Source: Naegleria gruberi
Lineage: Eukaryota
Direction: 5' to 3' (one strand)
Length of the DNA stretch: 64,000 nt
Assembly: GCA_000004985.1 (NCBI GenBank)
Contig: GG738887.1
A model generated the notes under the pieces. That model was not told the origin of the DNA. It did not search any database and worked only from the letters and a program-made list of their open reading frames with translations. Shown here piece by piece: positions 54,056 through 64,000 of the stretch. The position numbers were made by a program, and so were the translations under genes. Each line of letters begins with the position of its first letter. Position 1 is the first letter of the stretch.

Positions 54056-56831
54056 TTACTTGACTGAAGAGTAGGTGTTGATTTTTCCATCAAAGGAACA
54101 GCTCAATAAAGTAGTAGAATTTTTAAATTTAACATCAGAAACAACATCTGAATGATATCCAATAATTTTCTCAATGCACTTTTCAGATGTTGTCAAATCA
54201 TAAAGGTACACACATCGATCTTCACTTCCACAAGCAATGTATCGCATACAAGGGCTTATAGCATTTCCAATGGAATGGATCGAATTCTTATGTTGACTAT
54301 ATCTTCTAATTGGATCTTGTTGCCTTGCATCCCACAGCTTTACACATCCATCAACGGAGGAAGTAAGGAAAAAGTTGATCGAATCGCTAGTGGCATTCGG
54401 AGAATTATTTAGAGAAATGGTATGAATTGGTCTTTCATGGGCATTTTCAATTGATCTTACTACTGTATCTTTGCAAACGTCATAAATCTCCAAAGTTTTA
54501 CTAGAATATCCAAGTAAAATATAATTTGACAAGTAGGAATTTGGACATGTTAGGGCTGTAATCTTTTGGGCCTGTCTGCTTTCGAAAACATGACCAAGTT
54601 TGTACTTGTGATTATCTACTTGTCTGTTTAAGAATCAATTGATTAGATGAGTAAATATGATATTAAACATACTTTTTCAAATACTTTTCATCAGAGTTTG
54701 TACTCTTGTGAATATAGTACTTGTAAATATACATCTTATTAGAGCTCGAAAGGACGGTAAATCTATCTTGATGGAAGAAACTTGCATTATTTACACTCGA
54801 TTTGAAAATTTGCTCTGGTCTCTTGTTTTCCTCAGAGGTTGTACTCTTAATATTTCCCAAAATACTCTTAAAATTAATAGCTGGTTCAATTCCATTCTTT
54901 CCATTTTTCCAAATTGTTGCCGTATTGTCAGAGCTTGATGTTAAAATTAATTTTGATGAGAGTGTCCAATTGATTGAATTGACAGCAACAGAATGTTTCT
55001 CAAGTGGTACTCCCTTGTTCTTGTTTGATAGAGGAAGTTTAGAAAGCATGCAGAGCCCAGAATTAGATCCTGTTACAATAGATTCCTTATTGGGGGAAAT
55101 AGACATGCATAGAATTGGAGAGTTGTGAACTCGGAGCTCTGATGAAAGATTAATTGGAGGTTTTTCAAAACTCGGAGTGACAAGTTCTTTGGTCGTTGTT
55201 GTTTTCTTAATTGTAGATGAGGTAGATGATGAGGAAGAGGAGGTGGGTTTTTTCTTCAAGTGAGCAGGAACAAATGGTGCTTCTGAATAACCTGAAGATT
55301 TGATTCTTGTGGAAAAAGTTGATGGCTTGTCAACAAGTGCTTTGGTCTTTTTCTGAGGTGTTGGAGTAACCTTAACTAGTGTTCCTCTCAAATAATTGGG
55401 CAGTTCATCTGTATGAGTCATGGAAATGACGTCTCCTTCAATTTTAGTCTGCTTTGGTTTTAGGATGGAATCTGGAATTTCATTCTTCCTCTCGATGGTC
55501 ATAGATTGATGGTTAATATCCATGACATAGATATATGGTTGAAAGGCACTAGCTGCCACCAAACGTGTACTACATTCCTCAATGAATTGTGCATCAAAAG
55601 AGTGAAACAAGTCCTTGCATTGGTCTGTCACGTTTGCAATATCATACATTCTCTCAATCTCAAAAGATGACAGATCAATATCAACAGCCAATGATTTGGA
55701 GCATATCATTACATAGTCATTGTCATTCTTCGAAAAGAAATTCATCTTGGATGCACAATGTGAATACTCACATAGAGTCAGCTCTTGAGAATCTTCCTCA
55801 GTATCGAATTGTTTTTGAATGAAATTATGTTGCTGTCTCCAAATTGGCTCACTACTAATGACTTCAAATGAGGGTATTGGAGATTTCTCCTCTGGCTTGA
55901 TGAACTTTTTAATCTTCTTGTTGAGGTCAAATTCGTGAAGCAGTTTCACCCAAAGGCACTTTAAACTCTCATCATTTTTCGTCTCGTATATTTGAACTAT
56001 TCCATTACTAAAACCAATCATGAATCTATTCACGCCATATTCCTCACAAACTGAAATAATTGGATACGGTGAGAGAACTCCTGATTTGTACAATACTTTC
56101 CTCTCATAAATATCCCATATCTTAATTACAATAGAAACTTTCAATCAGAATTATCAAATATTGAACACACAAACCTTAAAAGTTCTATCTTCGGAAACAC
56201 TAATGATACAATGTTGTAAATGTCTCAAAAACAAAACCTCAGTCACGGGAGATTGATGCCCCTCCAAGCTCAGTATCACCTTTGCCAGTTCTATATGATA
56301 AATTAATATAGAATCTTCCAATCCAATATACAACAATTCATCGTTATCGCTAAACTTTACAAATGAAACATTTCCAACATTTGATCCAATCACCACTCCA
56401 TCATCCTGAAATCCATCCCGATATGCAAGAACATTCCACAACTTTACACAAGAACTGGATGCTGAACATAACATTTCAGATTTTCGATTTCCAAAGCAAA
56501 CACAACTAATCGGATCTTCCTTTTCATGAGGCAGTATCACAATTGGCTCCAAATCATCATCTATAACAGGTGTCAATACAAGGGCTGCCTCATCCACCTC
56601 GTCGTCATCCCCCAATTCTTGTTTGATTCTTGTATTATTTGATTTTCTGATAACATCATTGCTTCCACTACTACAACCCGATAACATGACATTCCAAATC
56701 AATACTTTTCCTGTCGATTCACCTCCAGCCACCAACATTTGAGAGGAAGTAGACCTCGAAATGGCCACACTCGTAATGTTTGTTCTCGGAGTTGATCCTT
56801 TCAGTATGCTTACTAATTGATGTTTCTTCAT
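54056..56831 (-). CDS. large WD40-repeat protein, multi-exon, specific family unknown
   Basis: three consecutive minus ORFs (56867..56154, 56144..54663, 54532..54056) with WD40 units (e.g. 'GKVLIWNV', 'SSCVKLWNV', 'GCVKLWDARQQ', 'LLSCSFDGKINTY'); likely ATG at 56831..56829; intron positions not resolved. Confidence 0.55.
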
Positions 56832-57095
56832 TTTTTTAAAGTTGTAGAATGGGTATGGAGGGAACATATAATTTCATAATACAACAATCATTTATGGGGA
56901 TTGGTGATGAATTTGCTGGACTATCATGAATTATCATGTATTGAGATGATTAATACACATTGAGAGTTGACAATATCGGAATAACATGATATAATAATTA
57001 TTGTTTTTTTAATAAAATTAACAAAATTTGAAATTAAATTTCTACTACTACATATACTATTATTCGATTAATCCTAAAATTTGTTGTGATAGCAC

Positions 57096-57770
57096 TTAAT
57101 CAGACTTTTGCTTTTGATTGGCCAAATCAACAATTTGGTTATTAGCATACATATAGACAACATATGGCAAAGCAGTAGGAATGAGAGACAAGATGAAGAA
57201 GACGATCCAATCACCAACGTGGGAAGCGTGCTTTCTATCATATTCAGCTTGAGTCATGACTGGAATAGCTGGCAAAACGTTACTCTTAGAGATGAGCTTC
57301 AATGACTTTTCGTCCTTTTCAGCAGCTGGAGCCAATCTGTAAGTGGCCAAAGCATGTTGAGTATTAATTTCACCAACACTCTTTGGAACAATAGTATACT
57401 TGTAAGAGACACGGTCATTTGGAGCAACCTTTTCAAAACTAGCCTTGGTTTCACCTTCAGCAAGTTCGAATTGAGCTTCTGGCCATTCATTGTCCTTAAC
57501 ATCAATATCATAAGCAGTTTCTTCACCAACATTGATAACAGTGATCGTGAAAGTAATATTAGTATTGACGATTGGTTCGGCTGGAGAAACACTCTTGTGG
57601 AGGAAAAGTCTTACATTGTTTTGTTGAGTTGTTGTTGTTGTGGTAGTAGATGTTTCATCGACAGGGGTGGCTGTAATGTCTTCATCTTGAGCCAAAACAG
57701 ATGTTATTGTGCACAAGGCGAACAAAATGGCCAAAATAACGGCGAGAGAGAATTTCAAAGACTTGTTCAT
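57096..57770 (-). CDS. SSR2: translocon-associated protein subunit beta (TRAP-beta / SSR2)
   Basis: signal peptide, lumenal domain, single C-terminal TM and a short tail; 'ITVINVGEETAYDIDVKD...FE', 'APNDRVSYKYTIVPKSVGEIN', 'ATYRLA', 'AEYDRKHASHVGDWIVF' parallel human SSR2 '[26 protein letters not shown]...[21 protein letters not shown]...ITYLA...REFDRRFSPHFLDWAAF'. Confidence 0.7.
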   Translation of the reverse strand: MNKSLKFSLAVILAILFALCTITSVLAQDEDITATPVDETSTTTTTTTQQNNVRLFLHKSVSPAEPIVNTNITFTITVINVGEETAYDIDVKDNEWPEAQFELAEGETKASFEKVAPNDRVSYKYTIVPKSVGEINTQHALATYRLAPAAEKDEKSLKLISKSNVLPAIPVMTQAEYDRKHASHVGDWIVFFILSLIPTALPYVVYMYANNQIVDLANQKQKSD

Positions 57771-58109
57771 TTTTTTTTAAAAAAGACCTGCTGATGATCA
57801 TGCAGTCAAGCTACAGAGCAATGCTGTGAGGTGTGAAATTGTAAACGCAGCAAGTCTTTCAGCTGAAAAAACGCACGTCATGCTCACAAGCTGGCTTGCG
57901 AACAAAAAAATCATGACAACATAATTCTTCGACTCACAATGATAATCATATAAGGATGATTGGATAGGATACCAATAATGGATTGAAAACAAGGATATCT
58001 AGGAATATACAAGTATTACAGGATAATAATATTATTATTGGACAAGTACTTCCGAAGTGATGAAAAAGAATAAAAATCAAAGATTATAATTTCATGTGTT
58101 TATCAAAAT

Positions 58110-60236
58110 TTAAAAGCTCTTCAAAGAGGATTCCATCAAGTTTTGCAATCTATTGACCATTGATCTTGGATCATCCAATAAACCGGCACTGATGAGAGCA
58201 TTATCAAAGATTTGTTCAGCAACAAGCTTGGCCAAATCTGGATTAGCTGACTTGGCATTGAAGAGTTTCATGATGAGTGGATGGCGAGGATTGATTTCAA
58301 CTTGTTGTGGAGAGAGGGCAATATCTTGATTTTGCAATTTACGAATCATTCTGAGGGAGGCATTTTCTGGATTCTTAATGACAGCTGGAGTTGTTGAGAG
58401 ACGCTTAGAGATCTTGGCAGATGAAACCTTATCCTTCAATGAGGTTTGGAACCATTCACACAATTCCTTAGATTGAATTTCAGAGAGTTCATTTTCACCA
58501 GATGTCTTGTCAGCTTCATCATCTTCCAATTCAGCTCTATCAATGGCCTTAGTTTCCTTACCATTGAAATAACCAATTGAACCAAAGACAAAGTCATCAG
58601 GTCCATCATAACCGAACAAGACTTCGATACCCTTCTTCTTGAAAACTTCAAAGTATGGAGAGTTTTCGGCATATTCTCTAGTTGGAGCAATGAGGTAGTA
58701 AATTGTCTTTTGTTCAGTTCCCATTCTGTTAATATATTCTTCCAATGTTGTCTTTTCACCCTTTGGTAAGGCAGATGATTCGTACATGAGCAATTTGGCA
58801 GCTTCATCCTTATACATGTAATCAGTGACAACACCTTCCTTAATGAACTTGTTGAACTTTTCATAGAAACTAATGTACTTTTCACGATCTTGCTTCATCA
58901 TGTCATTGAAGAATTTGGTAATTCTCTTAACGAGGACAGATTTAATCTTTTGAATGAGTGGAGAATCTTGCAAGTGTTCTCTGGAAATGTTCAATGGTAA
59001 ATCTTCAGAGTCAACAACACCCTTCAAGAATCTCAACCAATCTGGGAGAATATCTGGATGCTTGGCACGAATCAAAACTCTTCTACTGTGAACATTGACA
59101 CCAGGTTCCATCTTACCCATACCCAATGATTCAGTGTGGTGATCTGGGACGTAGAACAAGGCATTCATATTCAATGGAATATCCAAGTTAAAGTGGAGAA
59201 TATAGAGTGGGTTTCCACCATAGTGTGAAAGATACTTGTAGAATTCTTGATGTTCTTCAGCAGTGACAGAGTTCTTGCTCTTCAACCAGACAGCATCAAG
59301 AGTATTGACCTTGGCACCGTTCAAAATGATTGGATAAGAGACAAAGTTACTGTACTTTTGAATAATCTTTTGAACAGTATCCTTGAAAGAGAATTCCTTT
59401 TCATTCTTCTTCAAATAAATGACAATCTTTGTACCTCTGGCAACTCCTTCAGCTTCGGAAATTGTGTAATTTCCTTCACCAGTACTTTCCCAACAATATC
59501 CAGGTTGACCTTTGATAGCAGATCTAGTATAAATACGGACCTTATCAGCAACCATGAATGTACTGTAAAAACCAACACCAAATTGACCAATAATGTTGGA
59601 TGTAGCTTCACCCTTATCGGAAGCTTCCTTAAGTTGTTTAACAAAGGCACGAGAACCACTGTGAGCAATAGTACCAATATTCTTGATTAATTCTTCCTTG
59701 GACATACCAATACCAGAGTCTTGAATGACGAAAATATTATTCTTATCATCACAAGAAATTTGGACAGATAATTCCTTTGAAGGATCATCAACCTTGTCTG
59801 GTGAAACTTGATTCATTCTTCTAACCTTTTCCAAAGCATCGGAAGCATTTGAAATTAATTCTCTGATGAAGACTTCCTTGTCAGTATAGAGAGCAGAAGC
59901 AACAATGTGTAAAAGTTGTTTAGTTTCAGTTTCAAAAGTCTTATTTTCCTTGGCACCAACAATGTGTTCAGTTTCTCTAATAATATTTTCTTCCTTGAGT
60001 TCATTGACTTCGGCATCCTCAAAAACATCATCATCAATAACATCCTTCTTTTCATTTCTAACAAATAGTTGTGATGAGAAATTAGCAATCAATTGTTGTT
60101 GTTGTTGATATGATGAACAAGAATTCTTTGAAAGAACGGAAGAAGAAGATGGCAATGCTGATGATGAACATCTCACAGCAGCAGAACGCTTTGAGACGAG
60201 CGAACGGACGATTTTACCAGAGTTTCTGCTCAACAT
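58110..60236 (-). CDS. TRAP1: TRAP1, mitochondrial Hsp90-family chaperone
   Basis: 709 aa from the ATG at 60236; N-terminal presequence (MLSRNSGKIVRSLVSKRSAAVR); Hsp90 ATPase signatures 'ELISNASDALEK' and 'IGQFGVGFYSTFMVADKV'; no C-terminal MEEVD. Confidence 0.85.
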   Translation of the reverse strand: MLSRNSGKIVRSLVSKRSAAVRCSSSALPSSSSVLSKNSCSSYQQQQQLIANFSSQLFVRNEKKDVIDDDVFEDAEVNELKEENIIRETEHIVGAKENKTFETETKQLLHIVASALYTDKEVFIRELISNASDALEKVRRMNQVSPDKVDDPSKELSVQISCDDKNNIFVIQDSGIGMSKEELIKNIGTIAHSGSRAFVKQLKEASDKGEATSNIIGQFGVGFYSTFMVADKVRIYTRSAIKGQPGYCWESTGEGNYTISEAEGVARGTKIVIYLKKNEKEFSFKDTVQKIIQKYSNFVSYPIILNGAKVNTLDAVWLKSKNSVTAEEHQEFYKYLSHYGGNPLYILHFNLDIPLNMNALFYVPDHHTESLGMGKMEPGVNVHSRRVLIRAKHPDILPDWLRFLKGVVDSEDLPLNISREHLQDSPLIQKIKSVLVKRITKFFNDMMKQDREKYISFYEKFNKFIKEGVVTDYMYKDEAAKLLMYESSALPKGEKTTLEEYINRMGTEQKTIYYLIAPTREYAENSPYFEVFKKKGIEVLFGYDGPDDFVFGSIGYFNGKETKAIDRAELEDDEADKTSGENELSEIQSKELCEWFQTSLKDKVSSAKISKRLSTTPAVIKNPENASLRMIRKLQNQDIALSPQQVEINPRHPLIMKLFNAKSANPDLAKLVAEQIFDNALISAGLLDDPRSMVNRLQNLMESSLKSF

Positions 60237-60981
60237 TTTTTTTTCAATCAAAAACTGAAGCTATTGATTGAAGATGGAACGGAAAGTGTTGTGCTTCCGA
60301 TCCAGAGCCATGTTTGCTTTCTTAATTGCTATTAAATGGAATAAGAAATTCCGATTAGTATTAATGAAAGTAGGTTGGGATTTTAAATTGATTGAGGGAG
60401 GTTGAATGATATATTTATTTGCTACTGATTGAGGAAGCACAGTTAGAAAACAATAGAGTTCTTCCTTAATATAATCAGTAACATTGAAAAGATACTATTG
60501 TTAATTCAAACAAGGAACATAAATTTCAAAGCTCAACTGAAACATCCTTTTAGTTAAATGAAGTTATTGCTAAGTGAGGTCTTCAACTTGAAATGAGATA
60601 TATTGTGTGGGTTTAACATAAAGGAATGGTTTCATTATCTTCCCCATGATCTGGAGATTATTCAATAGACCTGTTAAAGAGATCAAATCTCCATAATAAG
60701 ATCCAGAATCTTAAAGATGAAAATTCCGCTTCCTATCCAGATTTTCCGCACAACCACACAATCACAATCTTTGTTATCATTCTCACCTCAGCAGAAGTAA
60801 CAACAAATCATCAACTGTACCTCAGCAGTAACAAGAAAAACCATTTGAAAAAAAAATTGTTTAAGGTCGTGCTCGTCATTATTGTGCATGAAGAAAGTGG
60901 CCATTGTATTGTCATGTTGGTGGCTCTTGTTCATCGCTTGGAATTGCATGCACGAGTGGCTAGTATGGAAGATAACTGTTC

Positions 60982-61338
60982 ATGGCCAGCAACTCGTTGT
61001 ACCAAGGTTTGAATGTTCGTGATGCTAATGGTCGTGTGATACGTTCATTGGGACCTGAGACTGCAGTTACTGTCTATGGTATTATGGTTAAGGATGGAGG
61101 AAGATGGGCAAAGATTGGAACCAATGAATATGTTTCTGCTGATTATTTAAAAATGTCATGTGGATGTGGTGGAGGATACAATAATCAAGATCCAACACTA
61201 CCAGATAAGCTTCAATCACCCAAGCAAAAACTGGTGTACCGCCACTGGTTTCAGTCTGTGTTAACTTTTCCGCCACTTACTTCGGATACATCCCAACATC
61301 AGTCCGCCACAGGCAATAAGCAAGAATCGCTACACTAG
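60982..61338 (+). CDS. ORF with a bacterial-type SH3b-like domain ('LNVRDANGRVIRSLGPETAVTVYGIMVKDGGRWAKIGTNEYVSADYLK') inside a GC-richer (~45-48% GC) island
   Basis: ATG-initiated 118-aa ORF; a 45-aa signal-peptide-like ORF (MKKVAIVLSCWWLLFIAWNC..., ATG 60888) lies just upstream in another frame; composition differs from the flanks. Confidence 0.35.
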   Translation: MASNSLYQGLNVRDANGRVIRSLGPETAVTVYGIMVKDGGRWAKIGTNEYVSADYLKMSCGCGGGYNNQDPTLPDKLQSPKQKLVYRHWFQSVLTFPPLTSDTSQHQSATGNKQESLH

Positions 61339-61999
61339 TTTTTAATATGACATTTCAATCAAAAAATCAAATGGTTTATTACATATTGACATGTGACATT
61401 AATCCAAACAAGATTATTTCAACATTCAAAATTCAATCAATAATTGAATGAAATTTATCTCATTTGTAAATAAACAATCGTTTCCCAGTAGCAACATAAC
61501 AATATCCAGTTATTTCATCAATTGTTAATCCAATAATGTCACTACCAACGACTTTCGAATTGATTTTTTTGCATTTGCTAGAAAGTTGAATGAAAGACAC
61601 AGAGAAGGTTATAAGAAATGGGGTGGTAAGTATCGTATGTATTTATTCGTGAATTTTTTGTTCGATTCCATACGAATTGTTTCAATTTTGCAAAGTATGA
61701 TAATATTTAGACTCCAATTTGATTGAATCAAAATTCTCGAACTTCATTGTAAAACAAATCCTATGTACTTGAAGAAAATCTCAAAAAAGAAAGTATTATT
61801 TCAGAAATTGGACATTTTGGATTTCCCATTTTGTTGATTTACCATTTAAGTAGGTTGAGTTAGACCAATTTAAACAAATCAATGTGAAACTATACCCAAT
61901 CAAAAACAATCAAAACAAATTGATATAATTCAATCACGCTTTTCAAACTAACTTTCCAATCAACTTATCAACTCTCCAACTCTAACTCTATACGAAACC

Positions 62000-62449
62000 A
62001 TGAAAAAGATACTCTTCATAGTCCTTGTATGCATCTTGGCTGCTCTCTTCTTGAATGCTGATAAGGCAGATGGTCAATTGACATACAGCTATCGTTATGC
62101 CTACAGCTACCCTTCCACCTATGGTTACTCATATCCATCTAGTTACGGATACGGCTATCCTTCAACCTATGGTTACTCATATCCATATAGTTACGGATAT
62201 GGCTACCCTTCAACCTACGGATACGGCTACCCTTCAACCTACGGATACTCATATCCATCCTCCTATAGCTATCGTTACGCCTACAGCTACCCTTCCACCT
62301 ATGGTTACTCATATCCTTATAGTTACGGATACGGCTACCCTTCCACCTATGGTTACTCATATCCATCTAGTTATTCTTATGGTTATCCTTACTCATATGG
62401 TGGCTATGGATATCCTTCTTCATATGCTTATTCATACAGATATTGGTAA
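62000..62449 (+). CDS. secreted Tyr/Gly/Ser/Pro-rich tandem-repeat protein (YGYSYPSS / YGYGYPST octapeptide repeats)
   Basis: signal peptide MKKILFIVLVCILAALFLNA, then ~16 octapeptide repeats with a higher-order ~180-nt duplication (YRYAYSYPSTYGYSYP... occurs twice); ends YRYW*. Confidence 0.55.
   Translation: MKKILFIVLVCILAALFLNADKADGQLTYSYRYAYSYPSTYGYSYPSSYGYGYPSTYGYSYPYSYGYGYPSTYGYGYPSTYGYSYPSSYSYRYAYSYPSTYGYSYPYSYGYGYPSTYGYSYPSSYSYGYPYSYGGYGYPSSYAYSYRYW
62080..62440 (+). repeat. 24/48-nt coding tandem repeat with a higher-order ~180-nt unit
   Basis: recurring 'tacccttccacctatggttactcatatcc...' and 'agttacggatacggctaccc' DNA units. Confidence 0.6.
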
Positions 62450-62810
62450 GAAATCAATTAATTGTAAATCTATAATAAAAATGTAACACTTTGAAAGAGT
62501 TTATTGTAATTTTGATGGAAAGAACCACCCAAAACATCACCAATCAAACTAAAATCACTTGAGAAAGCTTGGCATCTGTTACGAAGGAGTCCTTTAGAAA
62601 TCAAATCAGTTTTTCCATGACTCAATCGAGAATGAAGTATTTGTTGAAAACGAAACTGTTCCGAAGAGACTGAGAAGGAAAGAACACATACGTGTGAAAA
62701 ACAACTGACACCAAAAGGTCAAAACACTTCATTGCAAGACAGGAACAGTTTTGATGAAACAAATTAACAATTTTTGTAAATTTAATAAAAATGTTTATTT
62801 ACAACACAAT

Positions 62811-63110
62811 TTATGGAAATAGATCAATTTCTTCTTCGTCTTCCAATTCCAAATAACAATGATTGAATATTTCATTCAGATCTTCTTCAGTCTCATTCAC
62901 TGCCAAATGGAAATCTTTAAACGCCTCTCTAATTTGGTGTTCCCTCTCCTCTTCTGATAAATCATATTCTGCATGATCTGAACAACTTTCAATCTTTTGT
63001 TTTTTACTCAAATCATTTAGAGGAGTGGGTGAATCCTTTCTCTTATTGTGATCTTGAGTTTTTCTTAGTACTTTTCGATTGGGAGTTTTGGAAGGTGTTA
63101 ATTGAAGCAT
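62811..63110 (-). CDS. small acidic protein of unknown function (99 aa)
   Basis: ORF only; E/D-rich C-terminus. Confidence 0.3.
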   Translation of the reverse strand: MLQLTPSKTPNRKVLRKTQDHNKRKDSPTPLNDLSKKQKIESCSDHAEYDLSEEEREHQIREAFKDFHLAVNETEEDLNEIFNHCYLELEDEEEIDLFP

Positions 63111-63209
63111 TTTCTTTTGTAGAGTTGTGATTAGTTTTAATGTTTGAAAGGTGGGTTTCGAATCATGTTAATTGATTTCAACTGGTTTATTTTTACCAAT
63201 TCCTCCTCA

Positions 63210-63881
63210 CTATTTTTTCTCTATTAAGGCATCAATGACCAAATTAACAGAATCTTGCAAGATTTTTCTCAATTTCTTCAATTTTTCATAATCCAATGTC
63301 TTGATTTCTTCTTCTGTGAAGGTTGCTCTTTGCATGACATCCGAAACCATCTCCTCTTGTTGTTCACAATCACTTTGAATTGAGGTCAGCAATGTTTTTA
63401 CCATTTCCCATCGCTTATTCATTGACAATTCCACACCCGAATCATTTTCCATCATTTTACAATTTGGTGGTGATGAGAATGATGATGTTGGTGGAACTGT
63501 TGTTGTGCCATGTTGAATGGTTGAAGTATTATCTACCAATGATTTGAATAATTGTTGCTCACCACCATCACGACTCGATTTTTCATTCAAAGTTGTGTTT
63601 TTTGCTAAATCTCCTTGATGATCAGCTTGATGTGATGTAGCCACTGCAATTTCGGAAGCAGTTTCCTTTTGTCTTTTCAAGCTCGGTTCAAGATTTTGCT
63701 CCTCTTGTTCATCATTTTCTTCTTCAATTTCATCAATTTCATCAATTTCATCATCATTTTGTTCATCAATTTGTTCCTCTTCATCCTCATCATCGTTTTG
63801 TGAGCAATCCCTGAATTCATTGTAGGATATCTTTCTCTTTTCACGTAATTGGTACGGTGATGACTTTGAAGTGGACGACAT
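63210..63881 (-). CDS. acidic (poly-Glu/Asp) nuclear-type protein of unknown function (223 aa)
   Basis: ORF from an ATG; 'DDEDEEEQIDEQNDDEIDEIDEIEEENDEQEEQ' tract. Confidence 0.35.
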   Translation of the reverse strand: MSSTSKSSPYQLREKRKISYNEFRDCSQNDDEDEEEQIDEQNDDEIDEIDEIEEENDEQEEQNLEPSLKRQKETASEIAVATSHQADHQGDLAKNTTLNEKSSRDGGEQQLFKSLVDNTSTIQHGTTTVPPTSSFSSPPNCKMMENDSGVELSMNKRWEMVKTLLTSIQSDCEQQEEMVSDVMQRATFTEEEIKTLDYEKLKKLRKILQDSVNLVIDALIEKK

Positions 63882-64000
63882 TTTTTTATTGTGTGTGAAT
63901 TTGAGCTCTTGTCCATGTCATCATCGACAAGTGAGCGAGGAAAGGTTAAATAACTTAGGACAGATCTCATTGTATTCTTATGTCGTTGTAACGAAACTAT

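Noticed and set aside
57299-57794. ORFs 57299..57592(-) and 57354..57794(+) overlapping the SSR2-like gene
   Set aside because: They are alternate-frame or antisense to a homology-supported CDS.
58436-60108. Internal ORFs within or antisense to TRAP1 (58436..58885-, 59247..59690+, 59411..59677-, 59855..60088-, 59905..60108+)
   Set aside because: All are overlapped by the highly conserved Hsp90-family reading frame.
57096-60251. TRAP-beta (SSR2) lying next to TRAP1 as a functional 'TRAP' cluster
   Set aside because: The shared acronym is coincidental. One is an ER translocon-associated protein and the other a mitochondrial Hsp90; the genes are tandem on the minus strand but functionally unrelated.
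62000-62450. Tandem DNA repeats that might be read as a CRISPR-like or minisatellite array
   Set aside because: The repeats are in frame, begin right after a signal peptide and encode a regular YGYSYPSS motif. They have no spacer/repeat architecture and lie in a eukaryotic context, so they are a coding tandem repeat.
1-64000. Possibility that the window is prokaryotic or organellar, given the ORF density and the ORF track's bacterial-style alternative starts
   Set aside because: There are numerous GTAAGT...AG introns with frame continuity, an intron-containing tRNA-Tyr, and eukaryote-specific families (PARP1, copine, syntaxin, TRAP1, SSR2, armadillo). No rRNA, CRISPR, operon structure or Shine-Dalgarno pattern is present.

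Overview
This window is AT-rich (~35% GC) eukaryotic nuclear DNA, not prokaryotic. It is densely packed with about 35 protein-coding genes on both strands. Most carry short (39-190 nt) GT...AG spliceosomal introns with GTAAGT, GTATGT or GTTTGT donors and very AT-rich intron bodies. There is also one intron-containing tRNA-Tyr. The ORF track uses alternative start codons, so many of its 'M' starts are not ATG; gene starts below are placed at real ATGs where these could be found. Intron boundaries were inferred by eye from frame continuity and donor/acceptor motifs. The lineage cannot be fixed from sequence alone; the gene content and short-intron style are consistent with a dictyostelid-type amoebozoan or a similar AT-rich protist. 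Recognisable genes include a MORN-repeat protein, an arrestin-fold protein, an EF-hand protein, a 7TM receptor fused to an RGS domain, an Old Yellow Enzyme, a GH31 alpha-glucosidase, an F-box/LRR protein, a syntaxin, a PARP1-like polymerase, a TMC-like channel, a Nudix hydrolase, a MACPF-like secreted protein, a YccF-like membrane protein, a copine, an NHL-repeat protein, an amidase, a WD40 protein, TRAP-beta/SSR2 and TRAP1 (mitochondrial Hsp90). The standout is a roughly 2,600-aa gene at 32727..40871 with a previously undescribed architecture. It has N-terminal armadillo repeats, an E/K/R-rich charged helix, about 22 tandem ~72-aa repeats that each resemble the C-terminal helical lid of Hsp70, and a C-terminal villin-headpiece actin-binding domain. 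Other notable points are an 8-nt microexon in the PARP gene encoding the conserved catalytic G-Y-M-F motif, a probable 4-nt first coding exon (ATG+T), and a GC-richer island carrying a bacterial-type SH3b-like ORF. There is also a secreted Tyr/Gly/Ser/Pro tandem-repeat protein and several loci where the exon structure could not be resolved.
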